This document shows positions 27,811 to 37,127 of a stretch of DNA of 45,453 nt, in pieces (positions within the stretch are counted from its first letter, which is position 1; each line of letters starts with the position of its first letter). Origin of the DNA: an uncultured archaeon (GTDB taxonomy: Archaea > Aenigmatarchaeota > Aenigmatarchaeia > QMZP01 > QMZT01); assembly GCA_965552715.1 (NCBI GenBank), contig CBEVTC010000001.1:1-45453 (forward strand), given 5' to 3'. The notes beneath the pieces were generated by a model. The model did not search any database and was not told the DNA's origin. It saw nothing but the letters and a program-made list of their open reading frames with translations. A program made the position numbers and the translations under genes.

Positions 27811-29106
27811 ATGTTTTATATTTTTAATTTAGTTATGGAATTCGAAAGGGATTTCGACCTCGAAATATCCGATTTCGGGGTTCAAAAAACGTATTCCCTC
27901 ACCTGGGATCACGAATACGGGGGAACGGTTGCATGCCTTCCTGAGATAGATGAAGGGATAGTTTACTTTGGATGTGACAACTACTATCTCTATGCACTTG
28001 ATGTTAAAACGGGGAAGGAAATATGGAAATTCAAGGCAGGGGGGTGCGCGGGAAATTATCCTCCCGTTGTCGTTGGTGATATTGTTTTTTTCGGCTCTTA
28101 TGATGGGTATTTGTACAAACTGAGGAAGAAAACAGGAAAACTAGTATGGAAGTTCAAAACAGGTGGGAAGGTAGTTTCCGGAGTAGCCTATTCGGATGGT
28201 AAAATAGTGTTCGGTTCAAGGGATTCTTACGTTTATTGCCTTGATACGGAAGGGAACGAGAAATGGAGGTTCAGGACCGGGGGTGAGATAATATCAACCC
28301 CAAGCATAATGGACGGGGATGTGTACATAGGAAGCTATGACAGCTGTATGTACTGCCTAGGGATTGAAACAGGGAAGGAGAAATGGAGGTTCAGGACAGG
28401 CGGAGCGGTCGGTAGTTTAGCCCCAATGAACATAAAGGGTGATAAGCTGTTTTTTGGCTCATGGGATTTCAACATGTACTGCCTAGACAGGCATACGGGC
28501 AAGGAGATATGGAGGTTCCGCGCAGGCAGAGGTTCTATGAACTGCGGTGAAGTCCATGATGGTGTTTTGTATTTCGGGGCGAAGGACGGGTTTCATGCAA
28601 TAGACGTTTCTAACGGGAAGGAATTGTGGACTAGGAAGCTTGGATACAATACTCACAGCTCCCATGTATGCATTTATAATGACAAAATATACGTTGGCGG
28701 GGGAGAGGACGGTTACGAAAGAGGGATACTGGCGTGTTTTGACAGGGAAGGGAACGTTCTGTGGAGATTCATCACAAGCGGTCCATGCTGGCTCGGGCCG
28801 CAAATCAAGGAAGGGAAACTCGTTACAGGATCATGGAATTGCTATTTCTACAGGCTTGACCCCGAAACAGGGAAAGAGATGTGGCGTTTTAAAACAGGCG
28901 GAGAACCTTCGAAAGAAAAGGTTATAGATCACAGCGAAATCGCGCTGGTAACGATTATAACAGGCGAGGGAGTTTTCGAGGATGAGGATAAGGAGGGGAA
29001 ATATTCGCCAACCCCTGAGATACAGATTTCAGATAATGTTTACGTCACGAAAAGCGAATATTCAGCGGGGTCGAAAACTTATAAATCAGAAACGGGATAT
29101 AAATAA
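27811..29106 (+). CDS. PQQ-like repeat beta-propeller protein
   Basis: Repeated G.VYFGS.D..LYCLD..TGKE.WRF.TGG units. The start may instead be the Met at 27835. Confidence 0.7.
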   Translation: MFYIFNLVMEFERDFDLEISDFGVQKTYSLTWDHEYGGTVACLPEIDEGIVYFGCDNYYLYALDVKTGKEIWKFKAGGCAGNYPPVVVGDIVFFGSYDGYLYKLRKKTGKLVWKFKTGGKVVSGVAYSDGKIVFGSRDSYVYCLDTEGNEKWRFRTGGEIISTPSIMDGDVYIGSYDSCMYCLGIETGKEKWRFRTGGAVGSLAPMNIKGDKLFFGSWDFNMYCLDRHTGKEIWRFRAGRGSMNCGEVHDGVLYFGAKDGFHAIDVSNGKELWTRKLGYNTHSSHVCIYNDKIYVGGGEDGYERGILACFDREGNVLWRFITSGPCWLGPQIKEGKLVTGSWNCYFYRLDPETGKEMWRFKTGGEPSKEKVIDHSEIALVTIITGEGVFEDEDKEGKYSPTPEIQISDNVYVTKSEYSAGSKTYKSETGYK

Positions 29107-29159
29107 ACTCTCATAAAGAGGGTGATCTTACGGATATTAGGAAAGAGCTGGAAGGGGTT

Positions 29160-30770
29160 TTGAAAAAACACAAAGATGTGAGAAGGAATCCGAAAAGGGA
29201 GGATCTTATAAAGGATTCCGTGGAAAACAAGGAAGCTGTGGTTTCGAAGAACGGGGCGTTAGCGACACGGACACCTCCTGAATCGACAGGGAGGAGCCCG
29301 GCTGATACGTATATCGTGAAGCGGGAGGGGAGCGAAAAGAACATTGACTGGGACTCCCCAAACAACAACCCTATTGAACCGGAGACTTTCGAAATGGTTC
29401 TGGAAGATACATTACGGAAACTCAAAACAAAAAAGAGGATTTACGTCACGGAAAGGGTTTTGGGGGCGGATGTTTCCTACGCTTTGCCTGTGATGACCGT
29501 CACGGACTACGCGTTGACTTCGCTTTTCACGTACAACATGTTCAGGCCAGTTCCTAACGATTTGCGAAAGAGCATATTCGCGGGGAAGGGATTTGTTTTG
29601 CTCGCTTTACCATACGATAAGCTTGACCCGAAAAAATACGAGGGGAGGTTAAGGAAAGTGAACGGGAGAACCTCGGATATGATTATCGCAATGGATTTTG
29701 ACAACAGGATAGGGGTAATTTACGGGTCAGCGTATATGGGAAGCGTTAAGAAGCTCATGTTCACCGTGATGAATTACCTGCTCCCAGGGGAAGGTATCCT
29801 TCCCATACACTGCTCCGCTAATGAAGGGGGAAGAGGGGATGTCGCTTTGCTTCTTGGACTTTCAGGGACGGGGAAAACCACGCTGTCCGCCGACCCTACG
29901 CGATCTTTATACGGGGATGACGAGCACGGGTGGGGCAAGAAGGGGGTAGCGAATTTCGAATACGGGTGTTACGCGAAACTCATCAACCTCGATCCAAAGA
30001 AAGAGCCGGAGATATACAACGCTATCATGCATAAAGATACGTATGAAAAACACGGGGCGATAGTTGAGAACGCAATGATATATCCTGACGGGAGTTTCGA
30101 TTTCTACGATGACAGGTTCACACCGAACTCAAGGGGTTCGTACCCTCTGTCTTACTTAACAAACGTAAAAGAATCCTCAACGGGGGGCCACCCCAAAACC
30201 ATCCTCTTCCTTACAGCAGATGCTAACGGCGTTTTGCCTCCGGTATCCAAGCTCACGAAAGAGCAGGCAATGCTCTGGTTTTTGGTTGGGTACACGAGCA
30301 AACTCGCCGGGACGGAAACAGGGATAATAGAACCGAAAACCGCGTTTTCGCGATTCTTCGGGGAACCATTCATGCCGAGGAACCCTGATGTTTACGCCAA
30401 AATGCTGGGGGAGAAATTGAAAAAACACAAAACCAAAGTTTACCTCATAAACACGGGATGGAGTGGTGGTCCGTACGGAATTGGAAAGAGAATAGATATT
30501 GATCTAACGAGAAAGATGGTTCACGCCACGCTAGAAGGCGAATTGGAAGGGATGGAATACGAGGAAAACGAAACATTCCACATAATGGTTCCTAAAAGCT
30601 GTCCTGGCGTGCCTAGCGAGATACTCGACCCCAGAAACACGTGGAAGGATAAAAATGCATACGAAGAACGAAAGAAAAAGCTTGCGAAAGAATTCTGCGA
30701 GCATTTTGACAAGGCTTATGGAAACAAGGGGATAGACAAAGCGATAGAAAGAGAATGCCCTGGAAAATAA
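29160..30770 (+). CDS. pckA: Phosphoenolpyruvate carboxykinase (ATP-dependent)
   Basis: TGRSPADTYIV, the kinase-1a motif GLSGTGKTTLS and NTGWSGGPYG. TTG start as given by the ORF track. Confidence 0.9.
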   Translation: MKKHKDVRRNPKREDLIKDSVENKEAVVSKNGALATRTPPESTGRSPADTYIVKREGSEKNIDWDSPNNNPIEPETFEMVLEDTLRKLKTKKRIYVTERVLGADVSYALPVMTVTDYALTSLFTYNMFRPVPNDLRKSIFAGKGFVLLALPYDKLDPKKYEGRLRKVNGRTSDMIIAMDFDNRIGVIYGSAYMGSVKKLMFTVMNYLLPGEGILPIHCSANEGGRGDVALLLGLSGTGKTTLSADPTRSLYGDDEHGWGKKGVANFEYGCYAKLINLDPKKEPEIYNAIMHKDTYEKHGAIVENAMIYPDGSFDFYDDRFTPNSRGSYPLSYLTNVKESSTGGHPKTILFLTADANGVLPPVSKLTKEQAMLWFLVGYTSKLAGTETGIIEPKTAFSRFFGEPFMPRNPDVYAKMLGEKLKKHKTKVYLINTGWSGGPYGIGKRIDIDLTRKMVHATLEGELEGMEYEENETFHIMVPKSCPGVPSEILDPRNTWKDKNAYEERKKKLAKEFCEHFDKAYGNKGIDKAIERECPGK

Positions 30771-30782
30771 TATCGACAGAAT

Positions 30783-30803
30783 GACGCACACATTGTATGC
30801 GTC
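30783..30803 (+). repeat. GACG/CGUC hairpin copy H6 (GACGCACAC-ATT-GTATGCGTC) in the pckA 3' region
   Basis: 9-bp stem with one mismatch. Flanks are AT on the 5' side and TATCG on the 3' side, as in H7. Closely resembles H4. Confidence 0.6.
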
Positions 30804-30810
30804 TATCGCT

Positions 30811-31470
30811 TTATACAAAACCAAATGTTTCTGAAGCTATCCCTAGTTCCGGACCGCTTGTTTGGTCTCCTGCCAGGAAACCGTTCGAATTGACTATTAA
30901 ACCCGATTTCACCCAAGGGTTTCCGAAATTCACTGATCCAGGGGAAACCGAGACGTCCAAGATTCTCTCTATTAACTTCTTCTCCTTCTCGGTTACCCAT
31001 TTGTGAACCAAACACCCATTCGAATTGCATGTCGCTAGCGATCCCACCAGATCCATTCCCCCTATCGTTCCAACCCTTGTTCCAACCCCTAAAAATTTCC
31101 GGATGTCCTTCCTGTGTTTTTCGAGATCCCTCGAAACTATGCAGCCATGATCGTTAGAAAGGATGAGGTTACCGAAGGCCGTGTGTTTCGTTTCGAGAAC
31201 GAGGACATCGAAATTCCTCTGCATCTCCTCGATCTCTTCGTTGTATATCCTGTCGGAAATGACGATTCCCTGCGAATTTCCCGCGGTGAAAATTCCTATC
31301 AGCCCCGTCCCGAGCACGCTAGTTTGATAAACAGGGACCTTCAGAACCTTCTTAATCGGGTCCATGTCCTTCTTTTGAACGAACCTGTTTACAAGACAGA
31401 ATTTATCAGTGGAAAAGGCGAAAAGCCCTATATTCGGGTCCTTCTGGAAATTGAGTTTTGCGAATTTCAT
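30811..31470 (-). CDS. eif6: Translation initiation factor 6 (aIF6)
   Basis: MKFAKLNFQKDPNIGLFAFSTDKFCLV and the pentein repeat pattern. Confidence 0.9.
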   Translation of the reverse strand: MKFAKLNFQKDPNIGLFAFSTDKFCLVNRFVQKKDMDPIKKVLKVPVYQTSVLGTGLIGIFTAGNSQGIVISDRIYNEEIEEMQRNFDVLVLETKHTAFGNLILSNDHGCIVSRDLEKHRKDIRKFLGVGTRVGTIGGMDLVGSLATCNSNGCLVHKWVTEKEKKLIERILDVSVSPGSVNFGNPWVKSGLIVNSNGFLAGDQTSGPELGIASETFGFV

Positions 31471-31515
31471 ATAGTTAATATTGAAAATCTATTATATTAA
31501 ATTCCAGAATTATGT

Positions 31516-31971
31516 TTATTTTTTCTTTTCCTTAGGGTTTTCCTTGCTTTCTTTCTTCTCTGGTTCCTTCTTTTCCTCGGTTTTTTCTTCTTTTTCTTCG
31601 GTCTCTTTCTCTTCTGCTTCTTTCTTCTCCTCTCCGGGTTTTCCGGTTAACCTTTCCTTAATGCCTGCTATGCCCTTCTTCTTTTCCTTTTTCTCTATTA
31701 TGACCTCTCCCGGAAGTTTAACCTTAACACTTTCGAAATCCCCCTTCACCTCGACCTTTATCCTTCCGGGAGGCTTTTTGAAGCCCCGCGAAAATAAGAG
31801 TTCGTTAACACCCTTCGAAACCTTTATCTCCTTAACTTTTGTGTGTTTCCTAACGAATTCCTTTACAGTCCTAAGCGCACGGTTGCTTCTCTTTGATCTC
31901 GGCTCCTTCAACCATTCCCTTCTCAAGGGGATAGTGTAAATCCTTTCTATCTCGTTCGCCTTTTCCGCCAT
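31516..31971 (-). CDS. rpl31e: Ribosomal protein eL31 with a ~60-aa Lys/Glu-rich C-terminal extension
   Basis: The core is RIYTIPLRREWLKEPRSKRSNRALRTVKEFVRKH...PPGRIKVEV. The tail is KKEKKKG...KEKKK. Confidence 0.85.
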   Translation of the reverse strand: MAEKANEIERIYTIPLRREWLKEPRSKRSNRALRTVKEFVRKHTKVKEIKVSKGVNELLFSRGFKKPPGRIKVEVKGDFESVKVKLPGEVIIEKKEKKKGIAGIKERLTGKPGEEKKEAEEKETEEKEEKTEEKKEPEKKESKENPKEKKK

Positions 31972-31981
31972 CCCTGATCAC

Positions 31982-32152
31982 CTAAACTTTGAGTTTCGAA
32001 CCTCTTCTCCAGTCCTTTGTTCGCACGCGGACCCTCCTGGTTCTCGCCCTTTTCAAACCGAACTTCTTTATATCTGCCCAGCGGGGAGCCGACCTGAGTT
32101 TACCCTTCGCGGACAGCCTCAACTTCTTCCCACCTGACTTGTTCCTGCTCAT
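31982..32152 (-). CDS. rpl39e: Ribosomal protein eL39 (56 aa; below the ORF-track cutoff)
   Basis: Manual minus-strand translation gives MSRNKSGGKKLRLSAKGKLRSAPRWADIKKFGLKRARTRRVRVRTKDWRRGSKLKV. Confidence 0.85.
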   Translation of the reverse strand: MSRNKSGGKKLRLSAKGKLRSAPRWADIKKFGLKRARTRRVRVRTKDWRRGSKLKV

Positions 32153-32164
32153 ATACATCAACCT

Positions 32165-32446
32165 TTACTTTTTCTTTATCCTGAATTCCCTTTTTTCCGA
32201 AAGTAGCTTAAGGATTTCCTTCATCTGCTCGTCAGCAACGTTCTCCTTAAGCCTCCCAGACTGGTATATCTGGAGCAAATAAAGCTCGGCCTGGGCAGCG
32301 AGCTCCGGGTTTGCGTAACGCACGCGCCCTAACCTTTCATACGCCTCCTTCGAAAGTATTTTTCCAAGTACCTTCTTCTTCATGGCCTCTAACTGCTGCA
32401 TTTGCTGAATCTGTTGCAGCTGGTTCGGGTCCATGTATTCAACCAT
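32165..32446 (-). CDS. PDCD5/TFAR19-like dsDNA-binding protein
   Basis: ILSKEAYERLGRVRYANPELAAQAELYLLQ. Lies at the conserved position between S19e and L39e. Confidence 0.8.
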   Translation of the reverse strand: MVEYMDPNQLQQIQQMQQLEAMKKKVLGKILSKEAYERLGRVRYANPELAAQAELYLLQIYQSGRLKENVADEQMKEILKLLSEKREFRIKKK

Positions 32447-32463
32447 ATAAAATCACGTTTTTA

Positions 32464-32874
32464 TCATTTCTCGATTGTCTTCGCGATCTCGTTCAAGAAG
32501 AGCTTGCCCTTCGCTGTTATGCTCCTCCCCTTTCCCTTCTCCGTCTTAGCGAATCCTGCTTTCTCGAGCTGCTGGAAGATCTCGCGGATTATCGAACCGG
32601 AAGCGGGGTATTTATGTCCTGGTTTGTGTCCCCTTCTCTTCCTCCCGCCGTAGACCTTTCTGATCCTCGACACGCCGATTGGTTTGCCAAGGGAAAGCTT
32701 TCTAAGGATAGAAGCCGATCTAATGTACCACCAGTTATTCTGGGAAGGAGGCCTTTCCTTGCATACCCCCGTCTTAACGAATCTCGCCCATTCGGGGAGT
32801 TTGATCTCCTCCGTCTTCTCCAGTTCCTTTGAAACCCTTTCTATCAGTTTATCGGCTTCCGTTTGCTTTATCAT
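32464..32874 (-). CDS. rps19e: Ribosomal protein eS19
   Basis: WWYIRSASILRKL, IRKVYGGRKRRGHKPGH and GSIIREIFQQLEKAGF. Confidence 0.9.
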   Translation of the reverse strand: MIKQTEADKLIERVSKELEKTEEIKLPEWARFVKTGVCKERPPSQNNWWYIRSASILRKLSLGKPIGVSRIRKVYGGRKRRGHKPGHKYPASGSIIREIFQQLEKAGFAKTEKGKGRSITAKGKLFLNEIAKTIEK

Positions 32875-32953
32875 ATCAGCACCTAGTGGTTATATACAAT
32901 AAGTAATATTTATATTGATTTGCCTTTTTTAAGCTTTCTAAAAAATATCTAAT

Positions 32954-33979
32954 ATGACAATGGAGTGGCAAAGAGAAGCGAATGTAATAGCAGAGAGATT
33001 CAAAAAAAACGAAATTCCTGGTTTTCTGGCAAAAGAATTTCTTGCGAAGGACAACGAATTCGTTGTTGTGGAGAGAGGGGGGGAGATATACAGGGAGAGG
33101 GGCCCTGGGAAATTCGCTATAAGCGGTTTTGTAAGCGATTTGACAGATTTACTTTTGGTGGACAAATCGGAAAAAACATTCGAAAGCGAGGTAAAGAACG
33201 TGTGGCTTGCGGATGAGAATAAGATTGATATCAAATTTGTTATCAAGTTCAGGATATTCCATTCTGACCATTTTTCCAAAAACCTCATGGGCGAACGAAA
33301 GAAATTCTCTCTACAGGATGTTTGGGATGAGACTCTCTCGAAGATATTATACAAGAGCAGCCTCCCGGAATTGCAGAAGAAATCAGCGAACGAGTTCCTA
33401 AAGGAAGATTTCAGGGAGGATGTTAGGGAGGATATCGAATCTGAAATGAAAAGGGCCTTCAAGGAATGGGGGTTGATCCTTTCCTCGTTATCGATTGATT
33501 TCAAAGTTCCCGAGGGAATCGAAGCTGAGAAAACTGAAGCTGAAGGGGGTGAGGAGCTTCAAGAGGAGGGAACCGAAGTGGAAGAGCCTACAGATGTTGG
33601 AAAGTACGGAACTTCCGGGATTACAAGGGAGGAGGAGCTGTCAGAACTCGAAAAGGAGAGAGTTGAAAAAGAGGTTGAGATGGAACTCGGAAAGAAACAG
33701 GCCCAAAAGGACACGGAAGAAGCTCTGGAGGCGATGGAGTTAAAAGATATCAAGGACAAAGAAAAAATGCTTGAGGAGATGGAAAGAAAGGATTTGGAAG
33801 AAACCGGGGGGAAGGATAGATTGAAGGAAAAGCTCGAAGAGCTTAAGAGGGCAAAAGAGATAACGGAAAAGAAATTCTACAAGAAGGAGTTGTCTGAAGA
33901 AGCGTTTCAAAGGATGATGGAGGATTTTGAAAAGAAGATCATAGAGATAGAGACGAAATTAAAGGGGAAAGAGAGCTAA
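32954..33979 (+). CDS. Hypothetical protein with a possible SPFH/band-7-like N-terminal region and a Glu/Lys-rich coiled-coil C-terminus
   Basis: 341-aa ORF. The C-terminal half is a heptad-like EK-rich sequence. The family call is tentative. Confidence 0.4.
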   Translation: MTMEWQREANVIAERFKKNEIPGFLAKEFLAKDNEFVVVERGGEIYRERGPGKFAISGFVSDLTDLLLVDKSEKTFESEVKNVWLADENKIDIKFVIKFRIFHSDHFSKNLMGERKKFSLQDVWDETLSKILYKSSLPELQKKSANEFLKEDFREDVREDIESEMKRAFKEWGLILSSLSIDFKVPEGIEAEKTEAEGGEELQEEGTEVEEPTDVGKYGTSGITREEELSELEKERVEKEVEMELGKKQAQKDTEEALEAMELKDIKDKEKMLEEMERKDLEETGGKDRLKEKLEELKRAKEITEKKFYKKELSEEAFQRMMEDFEKKIIEIETKLKGKES

Positions 33980-35004
33980 TCACTTGTTTCTAGAGCTATC
34001 GCCATAAACGCTAGGACGAAACCCAACGCTATCGAAAGTATGAAGTTGAACGTTGAAATTTCCGGGTTCAAAATCAGTTCCGAGGCATTGGAGATGACAA
34101 GAGTCGCTGCTAAACCAAACAAGGGGAGCGAAGCTATTCTTGAAGTCTTCTTCTCCCTAAGGCTCATGCTCCTCCCGAGCCAAGCGACCGTTCCGGAAAT
34201 CCAGAAAAAGTAGACGGATGATATGAGGAATGCTGCAGTTGCCTCAAAAAAGCCTAGGTTTATGAAATCCGCAATGGAGTTATAACCCCTGTATATAGCG
34301 AGAGCTGTCACAACGATTGCGACAACGTACATGAAGAAGGCGAGCCTTCGTCCTGTGAAAGATTCCTTTAGTTCGTTGAATGCCCCCAGTATATAATCCT
34401 CGAGCCTGAATCCCCTTATGAAGAGATACGCCCCCACAACGCCTACTATGATCCTCCATCCGGTGTCTCCGAACGCCGCATACAGCAAAAGAGCGATTGC
34501 GGGTAATCCAAAAACGAGCCTTGCGAATTTGGGGTTTTCAAGGGTCTCCTTTATGAAATCCTTTATCTTGTAATAACTCGATTCGAGTCTTTCTGACTGC
34601 CTCACAACGATTCTTCTAACAGATAGTATGGGAATGTGTGATTGGATTATAGGAATCACATGTTCGTCATCTGCCCCATCCGTGACGAGAACGACGAAGT
34701 CGCTCGGGTTTTTATTGAGGACTTCATTCAGCTGTTTCGATATCTCCCTGTCCGCGTCTATGCCCCTGTTCTTATGTCCTGTTAAGACAGCGACCTCTAA
34801 TGTGTATTTGTTCTTGAGCTCCTCGAATACTTTAACCGCCCCGAAGATCGCGTTGCTGTCGCTGTCCTCGGGGTCTTTGAGACCTAGTTCTGTCGCTGTT
34901 TTCAAAACCTTGTCCCTCCCTATCACAGGACCTCTTATCCGTAACTTCTGGCCTATGTCGTTGTCACGGTCTACACTCATCACCAGTATCCTATCTTTCG
35001 GCAT
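33976..35004 (-). CDS. DUF373-family archaeal membrane protein
   Basis: The N-terminal soluble domain has ILVMSVDRDNDIGQK..GLKDPEDSDSNAIFGA, followed by about six TM helices. Confidence 0.65.
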   Translation of the reverse strand: MPKDRILVMSVDRDNDIGQKLRIRGPVIGRDKVLKTATELGLKDPEDSDSNAIFGAVKVFEELKNKYTLEVAVLTGHKNRGIDADREISKQLNEVLNKNPSDFVVLVTDGADDEHVIPIIQSHIPILSVRRIVVRQSERLESSYYKIKDFIKETLENPKFARLVFGLPAIALLLYAAFGDTGWRIIVGVVGAYLFIRGFRLEDYILGAFNELKESFTGRRLAFFMYVVAIVVTALAIYRGYNSIADFINLGFFEATAAFLISSVYFFWISGTVAWLGRSMSLREKKTSRIASLPLFGLAATLVISNASELILNPEISTFNFILSIALGFVLAFMAIALETSD

Positions 35005-35066
35005 GAAATCACTTTATTTAATTAATGGTTTGATTTTTAAAGTATTGTTCGAAATTAAATGATATC

Positions 35067-35855
35067 ATGAAGGCTGAAATAGGGGTAGTGGGGGGAACAG
35101 GAATCTATTCAGAGGGAATGTTGAAAAACGTTAAAGTTATGAACGTTCAAACACCTTACGGCAAACCCTCGAGCGAAATAAGGATCGGGTCTTTCAAGGG
35201 AAGGAAAATCGCCTTTTTGTTCAGGCACGGGGAATCTCATTCGATTCCTCCGCACAAGGTCAATTCCAAAGCGAACATATACGCATTGAAAAAACTCGGT
35301 GTTGAGAGGATCATCGGCATAGCTGCTGTGGGTTCGCTGAAGGAGGAAATGAAACCCGGGGATATCGTTATCCCCGATCAGTTCATAGACATGACGAAGC
35401 AAAGGGAGCCAACGTTTTATGATGGCCCGAAAGTCGCGCACATCTCAATGGCAGATCCATTCTGCAAAGAAATGAGAGATTTGGTTTATAAAACCATTAA
35501 AAATCTGAACATCCGTTTTCATGGAAAGGGAACGTACCTCTGTATAGAGGGTCCGAGGTTTTCAACGAGGGCCGAGTCGAATCTCTGGAGGATAATGAAA
35601 GCCGATATAATAGGTATGACGCTGATCCCGGAAGTCGTTCTCGCAAGGGAGAAGGAGCTTTGTTATCTCTCGATCTCGAGCGTGACGGATTACGATTGTT
35701 GGAGAGGGAAAGAGGCAGTCTCCGCTGATGACGTTATTAAAACCATGAAAAAGAATACAGAAAATGTGAAGAAAATCTTGGAGAGTGTGATACCCAATAC
35801 CCCGAAAGAAAGGGTATGCGTATGTAAGAAAGCGTTAGAGAACGCGTTTATATGA
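35067..35855 (+). CDS. mtnP: S-methyl-5'-thioadenosine phosphorylase
   Basis: IGVVGGTGIY, FRHGESHSIPPHKVNSKANIYALKKLGV and GMTLIPEVVLARE. Confidence 0.9.
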   Translation: MKAEIGVVGGTGIYSEGMLKNVKVMNVQTPYGKPSSEIRIGSFKGRKIAFLFRHGESHSIPPHKVNSKANIYALKKLGVERIIGIAAVGSLKEEMKPGDIVIPDQFIDMTKQREPTFYDGPKVAHISMADPFCKEMRDLVYKTIKNLNIRFHGKGTYLCIEGPRFSTRAESNLWRIMKADIIGMTLIPEVVLAREKELCYLSISSVTDYDCWRGKEAVSADDVIKTMKKNTENVKKILESVIPNTPKERVCVCKKALENAFI

Positions 35856-35916
35856 TCAGTTTTCAATCCTGAAGATGTATAAAAACTAGAATGGTGAAAA
35901 GAAACGGGGTGAAAGA

Positions 35917-36159
35917 ATGGAGGAGAAAAAGAAAGTAAAGATTTATTCAACACCGACGTGCCCTTACTGCAAGATGGTGAAGGAATTCCTAAAAGAAAAG
36001 GGAGTCGAATTTGAGGACGTAGATGTTTCAACGGATCAAGAGGCTGCGAAAGAGATGATCGGGAAATCAGGGCATACTGGTGTCCCGCAGATCGAAATCA
36101 ACGGGAAGATCATAATCGGTTTCGACAGGGAAGCGCTGGAAAAGGAACTGGGTTTGTGA
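35917..36159 (+). CDS. Glutaredoxin-like protein
   Basis: 80 aa with the YSTPTCPYCKMVKEFL CxxC motif and GVPQIEING. Confidence 0.85.
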   Translation: MEEKKKVKIYSTPTCPYCKMVKEFLKEKGVEFEDVDVSTDQEAAKEMIGKSGHTGVPQIEINGKIIIGFDREALEKELGL

Positions 36160-36171
36160 ACCAAGAAAGGG

Positions 36172-36324
36172 ATGGAAATGCCTGATAAGAAATTTTGGAG
36201 ATGTAACGTTTGCAACGACATACATTACGGCATAGCCGGGCCTGAAATATGTCCGACATGCCAGGCTAAAAACGCGTATGTCGAAGTAGACAAGGAAGAA
36301 GCGATGAAGGTGATGGGACTATGA
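36172..36324 (+). CDS. Rubredoxin-like zinc-ribbon protein (50 aa; below the ORF-track cutoff)
   Basis: Manual translation gives MEMPDKKFWRCNVCNDIHYGIAGPEICPTCQAKNAYVEVDKEEAMKVMGL, with CxxC...CxxC. Its stop overlaps the next gene's start as ATGA. Confidence 0.65.
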   Translation: MEMPDKKFWRCNVCNDIHYGIAGPEICPTCQAKNAYVEVDKEEAMKVMGL

Positions 36325-36587
36325 ACAAGGAAGAGCTGATAAAGATATGGGAGAGATTCACAGAGAACAACGACTTCATATTGAACCCTGATGAAAAACA
36401 TATAGACATGGTTACAGAGGGTGTGCTAGAAAATGAAAAGAAATACGGCCTCAGGCTTTGTCCTTGCAGGTTGAGGGACGGAACGAGAGAGGGAGATTTG
36501 AAACTCATATGCCCATGCAACTTCAAAGCACAGGAAAACTGGAAAACCAGGGGGGAATGCTGGTGCGGGCTGTTTGTTAAAAGATGA
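36321..36587 (+). CDS. Ferredoxin:thioredoxin reductase catalytic-subunit-like protein
   Basis: CPC...CPC...CWC cysteine pattern (LCPCRLRDG, ICPCNF, ECWCGLF). Confidence 0.75.
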   Translation: MNKEELIKIWERFTENNDFILNPDEKHIDMVTEGVLENEKKYGLRLCPCRLRDGTREGDLKLICPCNFKAQENWKTRGECWCGLFVKR

Positions 36588-36614
36588 ATCATGTTATTAA
36601 GGAGGTTGGTAAAG

Positions 36615-37118
36615 ATGTCAAAAACGGATGAGAACCTGAAGAAGGCTTTTGCCGGGGAGAGCCAGGCCAATCGAAGGTATCTGGCATTCGCGAAAAAATC
36701 GGAGGGAGAGGGCTTTAAACAGATCGCAAAACTTTTTAGGGCTGCTGCCGATGCGGAAACTGTACATGCCATGAACCATTTGAGGGTCATGAAAGGTGTG
36801 AGAATCACGAAAGATAACCTTCAGGAAGCGATCAACGGGGAAACGCATGAATTCACAGAGATGTATCCTGAAATGATAAAGCATGCCGAAGAGGAAAGAA
36901 ACGAAGCCGCCAAAACAACTTTCAGTCAGGCCAACGAGGTCGAGAAAATACACGCGGAACTCTATAAGAAGGCGCTTGAGGGCGTGGAAACAGGGAAAGA
37001 CCTGGAAGCGAACGAAATCCACGTTTGCCAGGTCTGCGGGAATACGTTCTTAGGTGAAACCCCTGACACATGTCCCATCTGTGGGGTAAAAAAGGATATG
37101 TTCAAAAAAATAGAATGA
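36615..37118 (+). CDS. rbr: Rubrerythrin
   Basis: NLKKAFAGESQANRRY, a ferritin-like diiron domain and a C-terminal CQVCG...CPICG rubredoxin-like domain. The ATG at 36615 follows a GGAGG Shine-Dalgarno sequence. Confidence 0.9.
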   Translation: MSKTDENLKKAFAGESQANRRYLAFAKKSEGEGFKQIAKLFRAAADAETVHAMNHLRVMKGVRITKDNLQEAINGETHEFTEMYPEMIKHAEEERNEAAKTTFSQANEVEKIHAELYKKALEGVETGKDLEANEIHVCQVCGNTFLGETPDTCPICGVKKDMFKKIE

Positions 37119-37127
37119 GGTGATGGT

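Noticed and set aside
31481-31939. A 152-aa Ser/Phe-rich plus-strand ORF
   Set aside because: It is the antisense reading of the eL31 gene and its KE-rich tail, a low-complexity artefact.
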